DNA of 64,000 nucleotides from Octopus vulgaris (Eukaryota): contig OX597828.1 in the NCBI GenBank assembly GCA_951406725.2, forward strand, positions 25,792,001 to 25,856,000, written 5' to 3'. Shown here piece after piece: positions 56,681 through 64,000 of the stretch (position 1 is the first letter of the stretch; each line of letters begins with the position of its first letter). Made by a program: the position numbers and the translations under genes. The notes under the pieces are model-generated. The model was not told where the DNA came from. It did not search any database and saw only the letters and a program-made list of their open reading frames with translations.

Positions 56681-58203
56681 CACCCATAAAAGTTTCATTA
56701 CTGTTTATTTTTCTTTTTATTTGATAGAGTTCGTGTGTCTGTCTTATTCTCTTATTCTCTTATTCTCTACGAATTTTGGATGGTTTCGTCGACTGTTACT
56801 ATTTTGGGGAGTGGGGAATTACAACCTTGTTTCGTGGTCTGCTACCACAACATCTCCTTTATAGGATCCAGTTAGCTCAAGACATCATCAGGAGGAACCA
56901 CGTCCGGTTTCGGCCTCTACTCCTCTACCGTTTTGACGTGGCGGGGTTCCCCTTTCGGAGGTGTCTTCAGCTCTGGTGTTGGGTGCATGTCTTCTTTCCT
57001 CTTCTTTCTTCTATACCCTGGCCTCTTCGATGTATCGTCAGCGAGTGTCAGCCGGTGACTGACTGTCTTGTCAAATTTCTCCCTTTAAATACCTGCCATA
57101 TAGGCTCCAGCAGGCAGTCCCAGCAAGTTGTCACGTGGCACTGTCTCGCCTTAAGATTGCAGTAGAAAAAAAACAGACTCGGAAATAAGTGCACACACTA
57201 AATGAATACTATATGTTTAAAAAGAGGGCTTTTTTCTCTACCTCCATGTAACGTTGTTTAGCCATCTGTCAAGCTTCACGATGCAACTGTGTGAAGAAAA
57301 TGCATTCCAGCCATGGCCATTTAGTCATTTTGTAGATAATGTTGCAATTAATTACCCGTATGAATAAAAATATGAAATAGAAGGCGTATTAGAACAGCAG
57401 AAAAATTTGCTTTTTAGTGATGTATTTACATTATGTATGATACACATATAGCTTTTTGAGTCCAATGCTGCTTGAGTGGCATAAAACGGATTTTTATTGA
57501 GCTGAGAGCTTAATTGCAACATCAGTGATACTCCAACCACTATTTTCCTATATCGGTTGCGATAGGAATCGAGTTCGCCTTCTGTTGGCTTTGACCACTG
57601 ACACAGCTCCATGTGGCAGAAATACATGGCAGGAAATGCATAAACATGTGGCTTATCGGAAATGAAAAAAAAAAAAAAAGCTCTGTGTCTCGCATTTCGT
57701 AGAATTAAGTTTACAAAATGATTATATAGCAGTGTGTGTGCGTTGGGGGTGGGGGTGGGAAGTAGATTTGCTTGGTCAATATTTGAATATTTCTCACAAA
57801 CGCTTGTGGTTTTATTGGTATTAGCGACGTCTCGCCTCACAAGCTTCCATTTCATAACATTCATGTGTACGAGTACAAATTCTAGTGCGTATATCTGTGT
57901 TTGTGTAGAGTTGAGTCTGTGTGTGTGTGTAGGTATGTGGTGCTTGTGTGTGTGTGGTGGTGGTGGTGGGGAGGATTAAGGGGAGTGAAAGACAGAGACG
58001 TAAAGGTGTCTCGGTTTAAAAATGAAAACAAAACAGTGAGATACACTTTTCGTTCATATTTACCTGAAAATATAACATTGTAAATATTGCATTCACAGAC
58101 ACACACACACCCGCAGGCACACACACACACACACGCACACACACGCACACACACACAGATACGTACATAAGTACATACATGCATATATGTGTATGTATGT
58201 ATG

Positions 58204-58241
<38 letters not shown>

Positions 58242-58266
58242 TACATACATACATACATATGTTTAA

Positions 58267-58298
<32 letters not shown>

Positions 58299-58340
58299 AT
58301 ACACATATATGTATGTGTATATATATATATATATATATAA

Positions 58341-58377
<37 letters not shown>

Positions 58378-58388
58378 TATGCATGTAC

Positions 58389-58440
<52 letters not shown>

Positions 58441-58881
58441 GCTTATATATATATATGTACGTGTATACCTATGCATATCAGACACGCACGCACCCACACT
58501 AACACACCACACACTTACATAGAATGAAATTCTTGCCACATTGAACAGGAAGCAGTAAAGCGATGGTATGTTCTGTTTGTTGGATTAAGGGCGAGAATTT
58601 CAACAGGAAATGTGTCCATAGCAAGCCTATTGACACAACAGACCTCCCCGCGTCTTACATCGTCAATATCTGTCTCTCTATACTGCAATCTAACACTCAT
58701 ACACCCTTACACAATCACCGTCTGGCGACAGCGACTGCGCACGCGCGCGTCTTTTTTTTTTTTACCTCTGCATGTCACTGTTTGTATTTGTATATTGTTG
58801 TTGTTGTGGTTATTGTTATTTTGCCAACGATTCTTTTCTCGCTAGAACCAAAAATGCTTTCTCTATGGACGTATTCATATA

Positions 58882-59107
58882 TATTTCTTTACTACCCACA
58901 AGGGGCTAAACATAGAGGGGACAAACAAGGACAGACAAAGGGATTAAGTCGATTATCTCGACCCCAGTGCGAAACTGGTACTTTATTTATCGACCCCGAA
59001 AGGATGAAAGGCAAAGTCGACCTCGGCGGAATTTGAACTCAGAACGTAATGGCAGACGAAATACCGCTAAGCATTTCGCCTGGCGCGCTAACGTTTCTGC
59101 CAGCTCG
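58882..59107 (-). mobile_element. SINE family 2, young copy with a 12-bp TSD
   Basis: Closely matches 5262-5496. Direct repeat CGTATTCATATA at 58870-58881 and 59106-59117. Confidence 0.85.
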
Positions 59108-59723
59108 TATTCATATAATATATGGTCATACGTGTGCGTCTGTCTGAACGTACATCCATATCTATATCTTCGTCTATATCTATCTGTGTGTGTGTGTATG
59201 TGTGAATGTGTGTGCGCGTGTGTACATGTGTATATACACGCGCATATATACATAAATACATATACAGGAATGCATAGCCCTTTTGCGTCGGGCCACGGGC
59301 ACGGTAACAACGTTGATTTCGTCTGCCGCAAGGATTAATTCTCACTCAATACGCCAGCTGAGTTCAATTCGTCTCTGGTCGAAAGACGCCTGTTGTTGTG
59401 TCCTGTTATTATTATTGTTTTTTTTTGCATTTATATTCGTATTATTATTATTTTTTATATATATTTATATTCGTGTAGCATCGTCCGTTTTTCTGTCCTT
59501 GTTTCGTACACATTGGATCCATTTCCCGAGGAATCTAATGCTGTTAGCTTAGTTTTTCCTTGGGGCTGGCCGGATTGGAGCAATCACAAGATTAATCAGC
59601 CGAAATTGCGAGGATGATCCGGTACTTGACTGAAGATTAAAGGCTTCGAATGACCCATCCGTGTTTTTTGTATAGTCTATTTGGATGTTTTGCGTTCTTG
59701 TCCCATTTTGTATTATATATATA

Positions 59724-59914
59724 TATAATTATAATTAAGGTATCTAAGAGATACCAGCATGCTAGATATAGCAGTCAAAACTTGACTCTAAAACCACATT
59801 AAATGTTCATACAGCGCCAGGTCCTGTATGAACATCTCAAGTGGTTTTAGAGTGAAGTTTTGGCAGCTATATCTAGCATGCTGGTATCACTTAGATACCT
59901 TAATTATAATTATA
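59724..59914. repeat. Imperfect ~90-bp-arm hairpin (foldback or MITE-like)
   Basis: TATAATTATAATTAAGGTATCTAAG...GTTCATACAG-cgccaggtc-CTGTATGAAC...CTTAGATACCTTAATTATAATTATA with about 7 substitutions between arms. Confidence 0.9.
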
Positions 59915-59995
59915 ATAATAATTATTACCTAAGAGGGTTATATTCCCATGCTAGCCACCTGATATGATCAGTAACTTGAATAATTATCTTATCCT

Positions 59996-60043
<48 letters not shown>

Positions 60044-60052
60044 TGTGTGTAT

Positions 60053-60404
60053 AGACGTAGGCGTGGCTGTGTGGTAAGAAAGTTGCTTTCCAAACGCATG
60101 GTCCCGGGTTCAGTCCCACTGAGTGGCACCTTGGGTAAGTGTCTTCTGCTATAGCCTCGAGCCAGCCAAAGCCTTCTGAGTGGATTTGGTAGATGGAAAC
60201 TGTAAGAAACCCGTCGTATATATATGTATATATTTGTGTGTCTGTGTTTGTCCCCCTCCACCGTCGCTTGACAACAGATGCTCGTGTGTTTCTGTACCCA
60301 TAACCTAGCTGTTCGGCAAAAGGAACCGACAGAATAAGTACTAGGATTGCAAAGAATAAGTCCTGAGGTCGATTTGTTCGACTAAAGGCGGTGCTCCAGC
60401 ATGG
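60053..60404 (+). mobile_element. SINE family 1 copy
   Basis: Head GTGGCTGTGTGGTAAG...GGGTTCAGTCCC through the tail GGTGCTCCAGCATGG. Confidence 0.8.
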
Positions 60405-60778
60405 TCTACTCACAGATCATTCATTGAATTAAAAACAGAATATATATATATATATATACACACACATACACATATACATATAAGCACACATATATACATG
60501 TACATTTATATATGTATGTACATCAATATACTTTACGTTTGTGTACATGTGCGTTTCTCTGTCTCTATGTGTGTATGTGTGTGCGCGTATAAATATGTGT
60601 GTGTGTGTGTGTGTGCGTGCATTTATTTATACCTTTTATATTTTCCTCCGGCCATACATTGGACAGCGACCACCTTGAAGGGTTTAGTCGAACAGATCGA
60701 CTCCCCACCCCTCAGTATTCACTTTTAAGCCTTTTTCCTATCGGTCCGCCAACTAACAAGAACATTATCAAACACACA

Positions 60779-60827
<49 letters not shown>

Positions 60828-61012
60828 GCATATATAAATATATGATGTGCTTCTACGCAGTTTCCGTCAACCAAATTCCCTCGCAAGGCATTGGTCGTTT
60901 CGGGGCTTTAGTGGAACACAATTGTCTAATATGTTGCGCTGTAGGACTGATGTGATTCTCAGATAACTCAAACGCTTTCATGCGTACACACGCGTGCACA
61001 CACGTACGCACT

Positions 61013-61073
<61 letters not shown>

Positions 61074-61111
61074 TAAGATACAGAAGAAAAAATAGATAGA
61101 TAGATAGAAAT

Positions 61112-61145
<34 letters not shown>

Positions 61146-61146
61146 T

Positions 61147-61250
<104 letters not shown>

Positions 61251-61425
61251 TGTTTCTTTATTAGCCATACAGGCAGGGCTGCACACAGACGGGACAGATT
61301 ACAGAGCAGAGCTTTTCTTTTTGGGGGAGAGAAAAAAAGTGGGGTAGGTTTTCGATCAAAAGGGATCGTAAAAGGGAAAGAAAGAAAATAAAGGAAGAAA
61401 AAAAAGATCAATAGGGATCGTGTAT
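61251..61425 (-). mobile_element. Tx1/L1-like 3' UTR fragment embedded in (GATA)n
   Basis: Shares the CGATCCCTTTTGATCG hairpin and CAGCCCTG..TGGCTAATAAAGAAA end with 54877-55037. Confidence 0.6.
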
Positions 61426-61432
61426 CTATATG

Positions 61433-61464
<32 letters not shown>

Positions 61465-61469
61465 GATAT

Positions 61470-61504
<35 letters not shown>

Positions 61505-62597
61505 CATACATACATACATACATACATACATACATACATACATACATAGTGAGGGGGAGAAGGAGAGAGAGAAGGGAAAAGATAGAAATAAACAAAAGGA
61601 AACGTGTAGAAATAGAGAGACAGACAAATAAACAGAAGGACAGACAGAGTGATGCCAAGTCTTGTAACGGTGAAGATTTTTACCAATTCTGTGAATGAAT
61701 GATCTGTGAGTAGAAGCTAAAGACATTTTGCGGCGTGCGTGCAGTTGCATAAATTTCATAGACATGTTCGTCCACATATAACTCATGTAGCACGCTTAGA
61801 CGTGCGCATACACACCCTCTCACACACATATGCACAACGAAACACGTGCATACACAATGAAAGACAACGCATGCGTACACAATGCAATACGTACATAGGC
61901 AAAGAAACACACACACACACACACACACACACATTTTCACAAACGCACAAAGAAACACACACATATAAGAAGGAACATGTCATTAAGAGTGTGTGTACGT
62001 AATATCGAAACAACCAATTGGTATGTGTAGATATGTCTTCTTGCGCACACACACACACACAGACACACGCGCGCGCGCATACACAGACACACGCAAATTG
62101 ATACATAAACACACACACAGAGGCACGCACACTTAGACACACACGCATACACAGACACGCGCAAAGTCATACACAAACACACACACATACATACACACTT
62201 ATGCACACACTCGCGCTCGAATTCATGGCGATTTGTGGCCTAATGGTTAGAGTGTTCAGCCAACGACCAATTCCTGAACTTGGGGCCCCTTTATGTACTT
62301 GACCATAGCCCTTCCTGTCACATTGCTCCCTATACAAGAGAAAATGCGTCCCAACCGTGTGCTGGTGTCGCTTTCTGTGCACCTCTCCCTTCTCCCTCAA
62401 GCGTCGTCAAGTCCTGGTTGAACCGCTAAGTCAAAAAGCAGAAAAGTTAAGAGGATGTCTGCGTGTGCTTGTTACTCCAGAGAGACTAAAGATAACACGA
62501 TGCATGTTAGTAAGCCACACTCGTTCACGGATGCCATCTTGCTCTACACACGCACACATACGTTCAGATATATTACCATTGCTATGGCAAATTGTAT

Positions 62598-63007
62598 ACT
62601 CTTTTACTCTTTTACTCTTTTACTTGTTTCAGTCAGTTGACTGCGGCCATGCTGGAGCACCGCCTTTAGTCGAGCAACTCGATCCCGGGACTTATTCTTT
62701 GTAAGCCCAGTACTTATTCTATCGGTCTCTTTTTGCCGAACCGCTAAGTGACGGGGACATAAACACACGAGCATCGGTTGTCAAGCAATGCTAGGGGAAC
62801 AAACACAGACACACAAACACACACACACATACATATATATATACATATATACGACAGGCTTTTTTCAGTTTCCGTCTACCAAATCCACTCACAAGGCTTT
62901 GGTCGGCCCGAGGCTATAGTAGAAGACACTTGCCCAAGGTGCCACACAGTGGGACTGAACCCGGAACCATGTGGTTGGTAAACAAGCTACTTACCACACG
63001 GCCACTC
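62598..63007 (-). mobile_element. SINE family 1, full-length young copy
   Basis: Reverse complement of 4405-4806 with a (TAAAAGAG)3 tail. Confidence 0.85.
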
Positions 63008-63273
63008 GTTCAAATATCGTCGTGAAATGACAAAAAGTTCAGCCAATTTACAAAGACAAAGGAAAAGTACTGTGAGAACAGATAGTGTTTAGCCGGGAGT
63101 TAATCGATATCACACACTCAGATGCTTGATAGTTGTGCTCTAGCATGGCCACAATCAAGTCACTGAAATCAATAAAAAAATGTAGATATATTTTCTTTCC
63201 TGCACACCCGTATATTCATCTATATATGTATATGTGTGTGTATGTATGTGTGTGTGTGCGTATATAAATAATA

Positions 63274-63313
<40 letters not shown>

Positions 63314-63507
63314 TATATATGCATATATGGGTACAAGACGTCACCAACTGTATAAACAACATAAAGTACGAAAACAAGCGAGTTAAATACGCAAACAACG
63401 AGAGAAAAAATAGAAAACAGGACAAGTAACACAAAGAACGACCCTTTATCAGTTGTCGCCTTTTTTTCTACTCCTCATCTCGAGCATTATGTATGTACGC
63501 TATTGAA

Positions 63508-63732
63508 TGGTGTTGTACACCGCTAGTCACAATGCGCTTTCTTGCATTGCTGTAGCTTAGAAATCACTTAATTCCGCTCGCTTGGTGAGCAGGCTAATAT
63601 TTTACTGTCCGAAACGCACCAATCCAATGCAGGGTCACCTTTTTACGGCTGGGTGGGCTGGAGCAGCGCTAAATGAAGTGGCTCGGGTATCAGAAGCACG
63701 ATTTTGCGACCGAAAGTACAACACCATAAGCT
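63508..63732 (-). mobile_element. Old SINE whose tail is shared with family 3a
   Basis: 63520-63596 is the reverse complement of the 36658-36730 tail (GCCTGCTC...GCGCATTGTGAC.AGCG) but is joined to a different head and body. Confidence 0.5.
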
Positions 63733-63941
63733 CCGAGTTCTCTCTGTCTGTCTGTCTGTCTGTCTCTCTTTCTCACACACGTACACACACACTCATATAT
63801 ACATGCATACACATCCATAGATACACACACACACACACACGCAAACATATCAGTTGCGATGTATTTCCCTTGTTCATTATCAACTTTTCTTCATTATTCA
63901 TACACTAATATATTACCTAGTCGACATTTAACGATGGAGGA

Positions 63942-64000
63942 AGGCTCCGAGCTGGCAGAATCGATTGCACGTCGGGCCAAATGCTCAGTAGTATTTCGTG
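63942..64000 (+). mobile_element. SINE family 2 head, cut by the window end
   Basis: CGAGCTGGCAGAATCG..TGCACGTCGGGCCAAATGCTCAG..GTATTTCG. Confidence 0.65.

Noticed and set aside
56880-56975. Hammerhead-like pieces on the minus strand (CTGAAGA..CGAAA; GAAACC..GGTT..CTGATGA)
   Set aside because: Core words are present but stems I and II cannot be formed in any standard topology by eye.

Overview
AT-rich, microsatellite-saturated animal (non-coding, intronic or intergenic) DNA. The SINE, LINE and DNA-transposon repertoire resembles a coleoid cephalopod such as octopus; this is an inference. I recognise no intact host protein-coding gene, and nearly all ORFs in the track are artefacts of (TA)n, (CA)n, (ATGT)n, (GATA)n and (TAA)n repeats. 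The window holds many decayed transposons: several tRNA-derived SINE families (two copies with 12-bp target-site duplications), R4/Dong-like RLE LINE fragments next to (TAA)n, 3' ends of CR1/L2-, RTE- and Tx1/L1-like LINEs, Tc1, mariner, maT (DD37D), Tigger/pogo and possible Helitron relics, and a Penelope-like GIY-YIG relic. Highlights: (1) a 488-bp near-perfect palindrome (50779-51266) with a type I hammerhead-ribozyme fold in each arm; (2) six dispersed elements with non-canonical minimal hammerhead-like cores; (3) a 10-unit repeat/spacer minisatellite with a 5-unit higher-order duplication (13754-14960); (4) two visible SINE-LINE shared-tail partnerships; (5) a nested-palindrome hairpin (59724-59914); (6) a locally duplicated ~200-bp conserved element; (7) a candidate promoter and non-coding first exon on the minus strand (about 6400-6850). 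A 100-N assembly gap lies at 47079-47178.
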